Source: a bacterium
GTDB taxonomy: Bacteria; Bacteroidota; Ignavibacteria; UBA10030
DNA length: 64,000 nt
Direction of reading: 5' to 3'
NCBI GenBank assembly: GCA_043803945.1
Contig: JAZDJN010000026.1
Coordinates: 1-64,000, forward strand
Made by a program: the position numbers and the translations under genes. The notes beneath the pieces were generated by a model. The model searched no databases. It had not been told where the DNA came from and saw only the letters and a program-made list of their open reading frames with translations. Position 1 is the stretch's first letter, and every line of letters starts with the position of its first letter. Of this stretch, positions 18,763-29,526 are shown one piece after another.

Positions 18763-21648
18763 ATGAGGGTGTTCGATTTATTTAACAAAGTTGAACATAA
18801 AAATGTTTTAGAACAATCAAATCCTGATTGGTTGAAAGAATTATGTCTGAGTCTCAAAGAAAAAGTATGCTGTGATATTGTTACGCTACAGCTTTATAGC
18901 ACAGCCGCTTGCTTTTATGATATTACTCCCATGGCAGTCGTAATACCGGATAACATTGAAGACATAATAACAACAGTAAAGATTTGTGCAAAGTATAACG
19001 TCCCAGTCTTGCCTCGCGGTGCGGGTTCGAGCTTGTCTGGCAATTCGGTTGGCAAAGCAGTTCTTATGGATTTGACTCACGGTTTTAAAGAGATAACATT
19101 TATTAACGATAGAAAAGTTAAAAGCGGTGTGGGTGTTGTATTGAATCATCTGCAGGATAGACTGAAGCGAACGAATAGATTATTCGCACCCGATCCAAGC
19201 AGTGGAAACGTTTGTGTTATAGGGGGTATGCTAGGCAATAACAGCGGTGGTCCGCACACGTTAAAGCATGGCAACATGTATAAGCATGTTGAAGAAATTA
19301 CGGCTGTTCTTTCTAATGGAAAGATTTTCAATGCGAAAAACATATCGCTGGTTGATATTCACAAGTTAGACGATTTCCACAAACCTTATTATGAAAAAGT
19401 AAAACAGTTGCTAGAAAAATATTCTGATGACATTACCACAAGCAGGCCAAACGTGACAAAGAGTACTTCGGGTTATCAGGTATGGGATATTCTTACCGAT
19501 ACGCATCTCAACATGGCGTCGTTGATGGTTGGCAGCGAAGGCACGCTCGGGGTATTTACCGATGCCACACTTAAAGTAATTCCTGCCATAAAACACCGTG
19601 GAATACTCTCGCTCTATTTTACAGACATAGCAAAGATGGGCACTGCAGTAAAGCATCTAAGAGCTTTAGGCGCATCTGCCATCGAATTTGTTGACCAGTC
19701 GTTTATTCAACTTGCTTTGAGTTTTAGACCGGAGCTGAAAAAGTTTTTGCCGGAATATGTGAAATATCTATTGTATGTAGAGTATGAAGATGACGAGATA
19801 AAGAACATTGAAGATTTGTTTACTAAAACCCGTCAAATAATTTTTGATCATGAAAAATTAGCAGAAGTCGGTGCATGTTCAGTAGATGAAGAAGAGATAG
19901 CAAATATATTTAGGATTAGAAAAGCCGCAACGGTAATCCTTAATAAGATTCAAGGTAAAGAGAAGCCTGTTCCGTTTATAGAAGACGCTGCAATTCATCC
20001 CGATCGATTCTCGGAATTCCTAATTGATCAAGCCAAGTTGCTTGAAAACTTTTCGTGTAAGTATGTCGTATTTGGGCACGCTGGAGATGGAAATCTTCAT
20101 ATCCGTCCATTATCAAATTTCCGAGATGAAAATACCTTCAACGAAACGGATAGATTAACCCAGAGCTATGTTGACTTAGTTCTTAAATATAAAGGGACAC
20201 TGAGCGGCGAACATGGCGACGGCAGATTAAGAACCCCTTTTCTAAAAAAATGTTATCCGAAACTTATTCCTTTATTCGAAGAGATAAAAAATCTTTTTGA
20301 TCCTTCAAGAATCATGAATCCGGATATCATCGTTCCGTTGAAAGAATATAAATGGAATGAGAACCTTAGATATTCCCCTGATTACAAATATATACAAACA
20401 TCGTCCAGACTCGATGCAGATAAATGGAGAATGGAGATTGAAAAATGTCATGGCTGCGGCACTTGCAGAGAATATTGTCCTGTTTTTATTGCCACTGGAG
20501 AAGAAGAAGCTACTGCACGGGCAAAAGCAAATATTCTACGCGGAATGATCTCTGGGAAAGTATCAGCCGATGCTGTTGATACAAGTCACTTCTATAAAAT
20601 TATGGATTATTGTATCAACTGCGGGCAATGTATAACTGATTGCCCGACCGCTGTCAATATTCCTGGAATGGCAATACTCGCAAAAGAAAAACTGCGGGAA
20701 AACCGTTCCTACAAAATCAGCGAGTATATTCTTCAAAGAGGTAACCAAGTCAGCACGCTTGCCTCTTTATTCTCTTCAGTGAGTAACATTGCAATGTCGA
20801 CGCCTTTGATGAGAACATTGATGCACTTTACGATTGGAATTGATCGCCGGAGAAATATGCCAAGGTTTTTCAGGCAGAAGAAACAACCGCAATTGCTTGA
20901 TGGGAAGATTGGAAAGAAAGTCGTCTTATGGTCGGGATGTGCTGCGCAGTTCAATGACCCTCAGGGAGAATTGAAAAGTTGTAAGCAAATTCTGAATAAG
21001 TTAGGGTATGATGTAATTCTTCCAGATTGGAAATGCTGCAGTGTCGCTAAATTGTCATACGGAAATATAAAAGATTCTTTGAATGATATTGAATACAATA
21101 TAAAAGTGCTGCTCCCCTATGTAAATCAAAATATCCCAATTCTTTTCACCAGTGCCTCGTGCGGGTATGCCTTTATGCACGAGTATGAAACGTTGTTCAA
21201 TGATAACGCTGACATAAAAAAAATCGCACAATCAAGCAAAGATATCCATGATTTCCTCGGCAGCGTTTTTCTCAATGGAGAACAAAAGTATTCCTTTACA
21301 CCCATAAGCAAAAAAGTTGTCTATCATGCACCTTGTCACCTCAAAGTTCAGAAGAACAAGTTTGGACCAACGGATTTGCTCAAAGTGATTCCAAACTTGG
21401 AGTTGTGTAGAATAAATGATAGCTGCTGTGGAATCGCCGGAACATTTGGAATGAAAAAAGAAAATTTCGATCTTTCAATGGAAATAGGATCCGCACTCTT
21501 TGCAGAAATAAAAACAGCTAGCCCCGACTATGTATTATCCGGGTGCGGCACTTGTCAGATTCAAATACGCCAGGGCACCGGCTTGGATGTGATTCACCCA
21601 ATTATACTATTGAACGAATCATTTCAACAAATGGGCGGTAAGGAATAA
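18763..21648 (+). CDS. FAD-binding and Fe-S-binding oxidoreductase (YdiJ-like GlcD+GlcF/GlpC fusion)
   Basis: PRGAGSSLSG, GSEGTLG, GHAGDGNLH, SGEHGDG; two CxxCxxCxxxCP clusters; CCS/CCG cysteine-rich domains. Confidence 0.9.
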   Translation: MRVFDLFNKVEHKNVLEQSNPDWLKELCLSLKEKVCCDIVTLQLYSTAACFYDITPMAVVIPDNIEDIITTVKICAKYNVPVLPRGAGSSLSGNSVGKAVLMDLTHGFKEITFINDRKVKSGVGVVLNHLQDRLKRTNRLFAPDPSSGNVCVIGGMLGNNSGGPHTLKHGNMYKHVEEITAVLSNGKIFNAKNISLVDIHKLDDFHKPYYEKVKQLLEKYSDDITTSRPNVTKSTSGYQVWDILTDTHLNMASLMVGSEGTLGVFTDATLKVIPAIKHRGILSLYFTDIAKMGTAVKHLRALGASAIEFVDQSFIQLALSFRPELKKFLPEYVKYLLYVEYEDDEIKNIEDLFTKTRQIIFDHEKLAEVGACSVDEEEIANIFRIRKAATVILNKIQGKEKPVPFIEDAAIHPDRFSEFLIDQAKLLENFSCKYVVFGHAGDGNLHIRPLSNFRDENTFNETDRLTQSYVDLVLKYKGTLSGEHGDGRLRTPFLKKCYPKLIPLFEEIKNLFDPSRIMNPDIIVPLKEYKWNENLRYSPDYKYIQTSSRLDADKWRMEIEKCHGCGTCREYCPVFIATGEEEATARAKANILRGMISGKVSADAVDTSHFYKIMDYCINCGQCITDCPTAVNIPGMAILAKEKLRENRSYKISEYILQRGNQVSTLASLFSSVSNIAMSTPLMRTLMHFTIGIDRRRNMPRFFRQKKQPQLLDGKIGKKVVLWSGCAAQFNDPQGELKSCKQILNKLGYDVILPDWKCCSVAKLSYGNIKDSLNDIEYNIKVLLPYVNQNIPILFTSASCGYAFMHEYETLFNDNADIKKIAQSSKDIHDFLGSVFLNGEQKYSFTPISKKVVYHAPCHLKVQKNKFGPTDLLKVIPNLELCRINDSCCGIAGTFGMKKENFDLSMEIGSALFAEIKTASPDYVLSGCGTCQIQIRQGTGLDVIHPIILLNESFQQMGGKE

Positions 21649-21652
21649 TATA

Positions 21653-22201
21653 ATGTCGATTAACTCTGCCGCGATTTTCCATCGGTATTGGCGATCGATT
21701 CGGTATGGAAGGACGAGCACACGTACGGGCTCTGAAGCAAGCACTTGACAAAGGAGTGGAAGTAATTTCAGTTTGGAACAAATCCAATCGAGAGCATACC
21801 ATCATCGGGACGGAACCTCTTTCTGCCCGACAGGAAGCAGATGCGACAGTACAAGATGAGAAGGGGATGTTACCATACTTCTGTGACGCCGACCGTGTCG
21901 GACTTAAAACACTCAACCGTAAACACCTGCAGAATTGTATCTCTTTCTTGCTGGTCTGGCAAAGTTAGATGTCGCAGCCCAAACTGTGGCGCCAAAGTTT
22001 TGTGGCAAGTTCTTAAAGGGAATTGATTATGTCGGAGATGTATCGGCATTTACGCGTGAATTCGAGAGCGATCTTACCGTAATAGAGATAGCAAAAGCAG
22101 AGTTTTCACATACGCTGGAATTGAAACCCAGCATACATTCCGGAAGCGATAAATTTTCATTACTCGCACCGTTCTACCACTGTTCATTGGCACGTAGATA
22201 G
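21653..22201 (+). pseudogene. uxaE: Degenerate tagaturonate epimerase (uxaE) copy
   Basis: LTLPRFSIGIGDRFGMEG...WNKSNREH in one frame, then QTVAPKF.GKFLKGIDY...HSGSDKFS in another; ATG out of frame, about 100 codons deleted internally, C-terminus missing. Confidence 0.88.
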
Positions 22202-22479
22202 AATAAGAGGTTGAAATAATTTGTGACTTCGGCTAAAGAAGGAAATTCAAAATAAAACTGATAAGACGTTTGTCTCGTCTCGATCTTTCTTTAAGGATAA
22301 TCTTTCATGGCATTCAAGAATAGTTGAATCCCTCTATGAGGAATGCTAATTTACATTAAAGCATACGGAGAAACGCTCGCATGATCTTGTAGTGATAGTA
22401 GAGTTAATAGGGATGAATAGTTGCCTACTCTGAGATTATAGGTATATTTTTATCGATCAAAAAAGTGAAAGGTAATATC

Positions 22480-23451
22480 ATGAAAACGGTAGGTATTCGT
22501 GTTTGCTCTTTAGCAATTCTATTCATTGGATTGCAAGTGATCATACATTCACAAGAAAGAATTAAGATTGTTGTCATCCCTAAAAGCAATACATCCTATT
22601 ACTGGAAATTAGTGCGCACAGGTATCAAATTAGGAGCGGTTGCCTTATCGCGAATCGATATTGAGTGGAGAGCTCCGGAAATAGATCATGATAAAGCCCA
22701 GCAGATTTCTATATTGGAGGAATGTATCACCGAGGGGGTTTCCGGAATTGTTCTCTCACCGTTGGATAATGTTGCATTAGCAATACCGGTTGCAAAAGCA
22801 TTAAAGAAAAACATTCCTGTGTTGATTTTTGACAGTGCCCTCAAAGGTAAGCCGGGGAAGGATTTTATCTGTTTCGTTGGGATCGATAATAGTAAGGCGG
22901 GAAAAATTGCCGGTGAGGAGTTGGCAAAATTGCTCGGAGGCAAAGGCAAAGTTGTTCTTCTTGGATCTAAAGGATCATCCAATATCATCGCACGTGAAGA
23001 AGGATTTCTCGAGACATTGGCAAAATATAAAGGCCTTCAATTGATCAAGCAGATCAGTTACACTGGCACATCCAGCGATGAAGCGATGGATGCGAGCATG
23101 AAAATGGCGGATCAACTCAAGGAAGCCGATGGAATTTTCTGTTCCAGAGAAATATTAACAATTGGGATGCTTAACGCTCTACGCAATCTTCATTTGATAG
23201 GTAAAGTTAAATTCATAGGTTTCGATACACCTGCAGCTGCAGTTGATGCCTTGAAGAAGGGCGAGATGAGCGCTTTGATTAGTCAAAATCCTGCACGAAT
23301 GGGTTTTTTCGCCATCAAAACGATCGTTGATCATATTCGCGGTAAAGAGGTTCCTTCAACAATCGATATAGATGTGCAAATCATTACTCGTGAAAACATA
23401 AATGATCCGAATATTCAAAAACTCCTCATCTTACCGGGTATAAAGGAATAA
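22480..23451 (+). CDS. Second sugar-binding periplasmic protein (RbsB/LacI-like fold)
   Basis: Signal peptide; IVVIPKS..YW, FDSAL, FVGIDN, REEGF, GFD, QNP..MG. Confidence 0.88.
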   Translation: MKTVGIRVCSLAILFIGLQVIIHSQERIKIVVIPKSNTSYYWKLVRTGIKLGAVALSRIDIEWRAPEIDHDKAQQISILEECITEGVSGIVLSPLDNVALAIPVAKALKKNIPVLIFDSALKGKPGKDFICFVGIDNSKAGKIAGEELAKLLGGKGKVVLLGSKGSSNIIAREEGFLETLAKYKGLQLIKQISYTGTSSDEAMDASMKMADQLKEADGIFCSREILTIGMLNALRNLHLIGKVKFIGFDTPAAAVDALKKGEMSALISQNPARMGFFAIKTIVDHIRGKEVPSTIDIDVQIITRENINDPNIQKLLILPGIKE

Positions 23452-23535
23452 ATATATTCTCTAAATTATAACCTTCGGAATGTAATACATATAATTCTTT
23501 GATAACCTTCAGAAGGTCAGATAAGGTTTCAAAAA

Positions 23536-23815
23536 TCATTTCTCATCCAACACATTCCGCAGAACTTTTAGAACTTTCTTAAGATCGTATGGTTTGCCCA
23601 AGAAAATATCTATGCTCACTTTCAAAAAATCTGATTTCATTTCTGCATCAAGAACGCCGTCGCAACAATGATTCCAGCACTCGGATTAAGTTGTTTTATC
23701 CGTCTATACATATCGATGCCAATAATCGAGGGCAATCCAAGATCGGTAATGAAATGCGATCTCTTGTTGCTGTTCCATATATACCTTCAACGCCGCCGAT
23801 CCTTACAGAACGAAA
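23536..23815 (-). pseudogene. Response-regulator receiver domain remnant
   Basis: Manual translation across two frameshifts: ALKVYMEQQQEIA / ITDLGLPSIIGIDMYRRIKQLNPSAGIIVAT / GVLDAEMKSDFLKVSIDIFLGKPYDLKKVLKVLRNVLDEK*; has the phospho-Asp D-x-x-L-P, conserved Thr and KP motifs. Confidence 0.8.
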
Positions 23816-23824
23816 GAGTTCACA

Positions 23825-24859
23825 TTGGGCGGTTTTGAAGCAATAAAAAAAGTAGGCCAGGGTTCGTTCATGGTGATCACAGGCGACCTCGATCCACCGC
23901 AAGCTACTCGCGAATTGATAGATATGGTTTTCGGCAAAAAATATCTCTGGTACCCCATCGTCGGTAATCATGATTTCGAAAAGGCTGCGGATATACAGTA
24001 TCTTCGTGCACTTAATAGCGGTGACAAATCACTCTCTCATCTCGTACGAAAGGGACCGGTGGGCAGTGAAGAGACTTCTTATTCGTTTGATTGGAATGAT
24101 GCTCATTTTATTGTGCTTAATCTTTACTACGATGGGAAGAGTGATATTGGTGGGACAGGTAATATTGCCCCTGAGCTTTTTGATTGGCTACAGAAGGATC
24201 TAGATCATAACACCAAGAAATGTATTTTTGTCTTCGGTCATGAACCGCTCCTGACTATCCCTGACATGGATAATGGCTCGATTCGACATCAGGGAAATTC
24301 TTTGGATCAATATCCCGAAACCGTTTTCAAGTTTCATCAAATGCTTGTTAAGTATAAAGTTACTGCTTATATCTGTGGTCATACTCACCGTGCATCGTTC
24401 GCAAACATCAATGGTCTTTGGCAATTTGATCCCGGTCATATCCGTGGTTATGAAGCCGACTATACTCCCGATAGGTTGTATGCCCGCATCTCAGAAGAAA
24501 TGAAAAAAAAGAAGGACACGGGAATCACTCTGAGTAAAACACTTGTTGATTTCTATAAGTCAGACATAAAAGAGGTAAATAAGATTATTTTTAGTTTAGG
24601 CTTCGGCAGCGGGAAGTCATACGACGAAGTGAGCGAGAATGAAGCAATTACAGGGTTGAATTATTTTTTTATAGATTACGAGAAAAGTATTGAAACAAGA
24701 AATCAACACAAAAAGAAATTCCAGGAGAATTGTGGATGGGGCAAGAGTTCTTTTCTGAGAATCACGGTCAACAAGACATCGACACATGTGGAAATATATC
24801 GAGATGATGATTTCAGCGGAAACTATATATTGAAGCATTCGCAGTTATTAAACCAATAA
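23825..24859 (+). pseudogene. 5'-truncated calcineurin-like metallophosphoesterase
   Basis: GDLD, GNHD, FGHEP and CGHTH present; first metal-binding Asp motif, signal peptide and RBS absent; abuts the receiver remnant. Confidence 0.65.
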
Positions 24860-24989
24860 ATGCGACTGTCGTTGTTCGAGTGTATGTCGACTACGAAACA
24901 GCAACTCTTTGGAAATCATCAATCTGGTATTTAACTGATCCGAATAAATATTGTGGTTATTCATTTCATCATGCGAAAGGAATAGTATA

Positions 24990-26264
24990 ATGATTGCAAA
25001 TCCGTTAACATTACCGCGATATTCTATCGGTATTGGCGATCGATTCGGCATGGAAGGACGAGCACAGTTACGGGCTTTAAAGCAAGCACTTGATAAAGGA
25101 GTGGAAGTAATTCCTGTTTGGAACAAATCCAATCGAGAGCATACGATTATCGGAACACGGCCGGAAGATGCGCGCAAGGCAGCAGATGATGCTGTGAAAG
25201 CAATGGATTGGAAAGGGAAGTATTACCTTGACGCAGACCATATAAGTCTCATAACGGTGGATCCTTTTATTACGCACTGTGATTTCTTTACTCTGGATGT
25301 CGCGGATTTCATCAGAACAACACCTGATCCATTGGAACTTGAGGTGTTCGAACGTGAGATGAAACCGTTGTGCGGCTTGCTTCGGATTCCTACGATGAAT
25401 AGAGAAATTCGAGTTTCAGAAGAAATGATTCGCACGATTGGCTCAAAATACCTCTGTGCAGTGAAGGAAGCAGGTAGAATTTATAGGTATATCCAAAATC
25501 GAAAAGAAAATGCCGAAATAATCGTTGAAATCTCGATGGACGAAACTAATTTGCCACAGACACCGGTGGAGCTGTTCTTTATCCTCGCTGCGGCTGCTCA
25601 GGAAAAAATCCCCATTCAAACGATTGCTCCAAAATTCTCCGGGATGTTTCTCAAAGGGATTGATTACATAGGAGACCGCTCGGATTTCGCAAAGGAGTTC
25701 GAGGAAGATATCATCGTTGTGTCTCATGCAATCAGCGTCTTCAGCTTACCCTCAAGTCTCAAGTTAAGTGTCCACTCCGGCAGTGATAAATTCTCTCTTT
25801 ATCCATTGATGTATCAAGCGATGAAGAAACACAATGCAGGTCTCCATTTGAAAACTGCAGGAACTACCTGGCTGGAAGAAGTGATCGGACTCGCTGCCGC
25901 TGGGAATGAGGGATTACGCATCGCGAAGGAGATCTACAAAAGCGCTTATATGCGGATAGATGAACTCTGTGCTCCATATGCAACGGTTGTTCAAATCGAA
26001 CGAACGAACCTCCCCTCGCCGGAACAGGTAGAACAATGGACCTCAAACCAATTCGTTTCGACACTTCGCCACGATCAGCATTGTCCAACCTATAATAAAG
26101 ATATCCGTCAAATGATTCATGTTGCTTTCAAAGTTGCTGCAGAGATGGGAGATCGGTATCGAAATGCTTTAGAGACACACGAGAAAATCATAGGGAAATG
26201 CGTTACAGATAATCTCCTCGAACGCCATATCAAACCTCTCTTTCTCGGTGAGCACTCTGTATGA
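24990..26264 (+). CDS. uxaE: D-tagaturonate/D-fructuronate epimerase
   Basis: SIGIGDRFG, DADH, EISMDET, APKF, SVHSGSDKF, HLKTAGTTWLEE; AAAGG RBS before ATG 24990. Confidence 0.92.
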   Translation: MIANPLTLPRYSIGIGDRFGMEGRAQLRALKQALDKGVEVIPVWNKSNREHTIIGTRPEDARKAADDAVKAMDWKGKYYLDADHISLITVDPFITHCDFFTLDVADFIRTTPDPLELEVFEREMKPLCGLLRIPTMNREIRVSEEMIRTIGSKYLCAVKEAGRIYRYIQNRKENAEIIVEISMDETNLPQTPVELFFILAAAAQEKIPIQTIAPKFSGMFLKGIDYIGDRSDFAKEFEEDIIVVSHAISVFSLPSSLKLSVHSGSDKFSLYPLMYQAMKKHNAGLHLKTAGTTWLEEVIGLAAAGNEGLRIAKEIYKSAYMRIDELCAPYATVVQIERTNLPSPEQVEQWTSNQFVSTLRHDQHCPTYNKDIRQMIHVAFKVAAEMGDRYRNALETHEKIIGKCVTDNLLERHIKPLFLGEHSV

Positions 26265-26557
26265 GAACGATGTGGCAAATAGGAGAAATGATCTTTGCTG
26301 TTATGGAAGCAGTTATAGCTAACAGCTTGAAGAAATTGGTAAAAAGAGATGTTGCATTTTGGTAACAGGAAGTGAAAACATTTCAGAATTGCCTTATTAA
26401 TCGAGGATGGTTATCCGCTCCTAATGCTAGTGCGTCCCTCAAAAGTTGGCTTGACGTAAATTCTGAGTGATTGAACTGTTGAGCTTTGATAATTGTAATA
26501 ATTTGAATTTACACTCATAGTTCCATTCTACAATTAGACGCCTTTGGATCTATTTGA

Positions 26558-26980
26558 TCAAGTTGTACTGTAAATATCTTTGGCTATATTCTTTACAAAA
26601 AATATCTGTCCATGTCCTGGTAATACTATATCAGCAGTTTCCTGTATCTTCTGAGTGCTTCTCTTTGCCTCATCAATGCTGAAAAAATCATTGTTATTTT
26701 TTCAAATAAGTGCTGAAGCAAGCCAATCCCGGTTCAGAATCGCAACGCCCGCAATCACTACCTGTACCGAATTATCCTCCGAAATCCATAACACGGAACA
26801 ATGATGCCGTGTGTGGCCTGGTGTTTCTATCACTGTGGTGTTTGAGAGCAGAGGGGCACCATCGCCAACCGGATTAAACCGCCGCCTCAGTGGAAGATCA
26901 ATGTAATCAAAAACTTCGTTGTGACAATACCAGGCGGCATGATCGAAGTGTTCTATTCCATAAAAATGATCGACGTATTT
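26558..26980 (-). pseudogene. MBL-fold metallohydrolase remnant
   Basis: VDHFYG (tail of HxHxDH), TPGHT, AGV in place of AGD; in-frame TGA at 26702-26704 followed by ...ADIVLPGHG to a stop at 26558-26560. Confidence 0.75.
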
Positions 26981-27190
26981 CTGAAAAATTAATTCGTTAG
27001 AATCCTCCAATAGCAGTGACAGTCAAAAGAGATACACTTCCCCTTGATATTGCCAAAAGAGCTCTATAGATTTTTATTAAAGATCTCCAAAAGAGTATTT
27101 GAGGTTGAATTGTAGTATATATTTATTACACTGCATTGGTTGGACAGGTGTCATGAGCAACTGTTTTAGAAATTGAATCGAGAGGATACA

Positions 27191-27787
27191 ATGATGGAAG
27201 CGATAAATTCAGGCTTGCAGAACAAAACGATGGAGGGTCACCGCTACCTCCAATCGAAAAATTATGATCAAGCACTCGATTGCTTCAACCATGTGCTCAA
27301 GACAGAAGCATCGAATGCCATCGTCTGGGTGTATAAAGGACTCTGCCTGGCCGGATTGAAACGCAACCTCGAAGCCCTTGAGGCATTTTCAGAAGCAAAA
27401 AAGCATCGGATTATGGAAATTACCTCCTGGAAAAGTATGGGAAAGAGCCTCTATGAGTTGGGCCGGTATCGCGAAGCATTGGCATGCTTTAGCGAGATTA
27501 CTGAGTTTGATGAAGAGTTGGTTGAAGCATGGCTTATGAGGGGACTAATGCACTATCATCTGGGGCAGTACGAACTTGCACTGAAATGTGATGAGGAAGC
27601 TCTTCGATTACAGCCCAGATATATTCCGGCCTGGAATAACAAAGGAGTATGTCTTGAACTTCTGAAGCGAGAGAAAGAGGCGCTCATTTGCTATAATGAA
27701 GCATTGAGAATTGATCCAGCGAATAGTGAAGCACACTATAATAAGGAAGCTCTCTTTCAGTCCGGTGATCGAAGAATCAGGGATTAG
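27191..27787 (+). CDS. Tetratricopeptide repeat protein
   Basis: Five TPR-like units (W..KG..L..L....EAL..F..A); GAGG RBS before ATG 27191. Confidence 0.88.
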   Translation: MMEAINSGLQNKTMEGHRYLQSKNYDQALDCFNHVLKTEASNAIVWVYKGLCLAGLKRNLEALEAFSEAKKHRIMEITSWKSMGKSLYELGRYREALACFSEITEFDEELVEAWLMRGLMHYHLGQYELALKCDEEALRLQPRYIPAWNNKGVCLELLKREKEALICYNEALRIDPANSEAHYNKEALFQSGDRRIRD

Positions 27788-27867
27788 GAAGGGAACTTCT
27801 TCTCGTCTGATAGATAAATCGGCAGCGTATTTTGATGCTTATCAATCCACATATCGAGTGAGTTCCA

Positions 27868-29177
27868 ATGAATGAATCAAAGCTTCTTCATTCTGCATTT
27901 ACCAGAATGATTATCATCGCTGGGATTTCTTTCCTCCTGTTTTTGTTTGCACTCCTGATCGAATATCTCGTCGATGAACGTGCTGCAAGATCAATCGTGG
28001 CAGCCGGAGAAGTTACCCATAGTTGGGGAGAGAGCCAGACGCTGACAGGTCCCTTCATCTCTATTCCTTACAAAGAATTATCTAAAGATGAAAATGGGAA
28101 TACAATATTTCTAACGCAATATGCTCACTTCCTGCCGACCAAACTGAATATTCGGTGTTCCCTGAAAACCGAACGGAGGTATCGTGGGATTTATGAAGTA
28201 GTCCTCTATAGCGGGCATTTTTATTTCGAAGGTGATTTTTCTTCACTGAGCCTTCAACAATTCGGCATCGCGGACGACAAGATATCCTGGAAGGACGCTT
28301 TTGTGACCATGGGTATCACCGATCTGAAGGGTATTCGCGACAGCATACGAATAGCATGGAACAAACGATTCGTTCCATGCATACCGGGTGTTCTCTCGAA
28401 GGGAATTGTTGATGCCGGTGTGATATTTAGACCGGAGATAGAGCAGGGAGGTTCATCTGTTTCGTTTTCATTAACACTCGATCTTCAGGGCTCATCGGAT
28501 ATCAACTTTATCCCGATGGGTGAGGTCACCAATGTTGAAATGTCTTCCTCCGGCGTGATCCCAGCTTCATTGGTAACTTTCTGCCCCTTGAGAGGAATAT
28601 CGATCAAAATGGTTTTTACGCCCGCTGGAAGGTGCAAAACCTGAATAGAAATTATCCTCAGGCATGGATAGGAAATGTGCAGGAGGTGTCAGGCTCTGCC
28701 TTTGGTGTGAAATTCTTTCTTCCGGTCGATGAGTATTTGAAATCAAAACGTGCAGTAAAATACGCGTTGCTCTTTATCGCCTTGACATTTGTAGCCCTCT
28801 TCCTCTCCGAGGTGCTTACCCGGACGTTGATCCATCCTGTCCAGTATACGCTCATCGGTTTTGCACTTGTCATCTTTTATCTCATGCTCTTATCTCTTTC
28901 TGAGCATATGCTGTTTGATCTTGCGTATATCGTATCGAGTATTGCCACGATTGCTCTCATCACACTCTATCTGCGTTGGATTACACGAAGTAAACACATC
29001 ACCATTGCACTCTCGATTATACTTGTAGTCCTCTATGCGTTCTTATATGTGACTTTACAGCTCCAGGACTATGCACTGCTTATCGGAAGCCTCGGTCTCT
29101 TTCTTATTCTGATGATGGTCATGTATTTGACACGCAAGGTTGACTGGTTTGTGCTTGATCACGATATACGGAAGTAA
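27868..29177 (+). pseudogene. creD: Inner-membrane protein CreD, split by a 1-nt frameshift
   Basis: RYRGIYEV, RAVKYA.LFI, IHPVQY.LIG, LLSLSEH, MYLTRKVDW; restoring one base between 28551 and 28552 gives W-RDPSFIGNFLP and joins both ORFs. Confidence 0.88.
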
Positions 29178-29288
29178 GCAGGCAGGGCGGGATTGAATAA
29201 AATCTTTCGGGTGGTACAACGATCACAGTGGAGCCTGATAATCGTCCTTGTGGCGTTTGCTCTATTGGTTAAGTCGAATTGACGTCGA

Positions 29289-29387
29289 ATGTACTTTTGC
29301 AGCAATGACCTGCTAAGTGGAGTCTACCTCTATTCGCTAACAGCAGGAAAATATCGGGCGACGAAGAAGTTGTTGTTGATGCAATAA
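29289..29387 (+). pseudogene. Orphan 3' end of a T9SS type A C-terminal sorting domain
   Basis: Translates ..NDLLSGVYLYSLTAGKYRATKKLLLMQ*, the typical LxSGVYxYxLxAG..TKKLLL terminus. Confidence 0.7.
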
Positions 29388-29526
29388 TACAAGAACTGGT
29401 AAACTCTTTAAGCCGCTCCATTAATTCCATCAAATAAGAAAAGGCCCGACATTCGAATGATCGGACAAATAAAGCATTCTCATGATAAAAGAACATTCTG
29501 TTGTTTCTAGAAGAAAATTTCACAAT

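Noticed and set aside
23589-23846. 85-aa plus-strand ORF as the missing N-terminus of the phosphoesterase
   Set aside because: It is the antisense of the receiver-domain remnant and has no metallophosphoesterase motif
26702-26704. In-frame TGA in the MBL gene as selenocysteine or Trp recoding
   Set aside because: The gene is also truncated inside HxHxDH and has lost the AGD aspartate; TGA is a normal stop in many neighbouring genes
28540-28560. Programmed frameshift in creD
   Set aside because: No slippery heptamer or homopolymer; a single-base loss explains it
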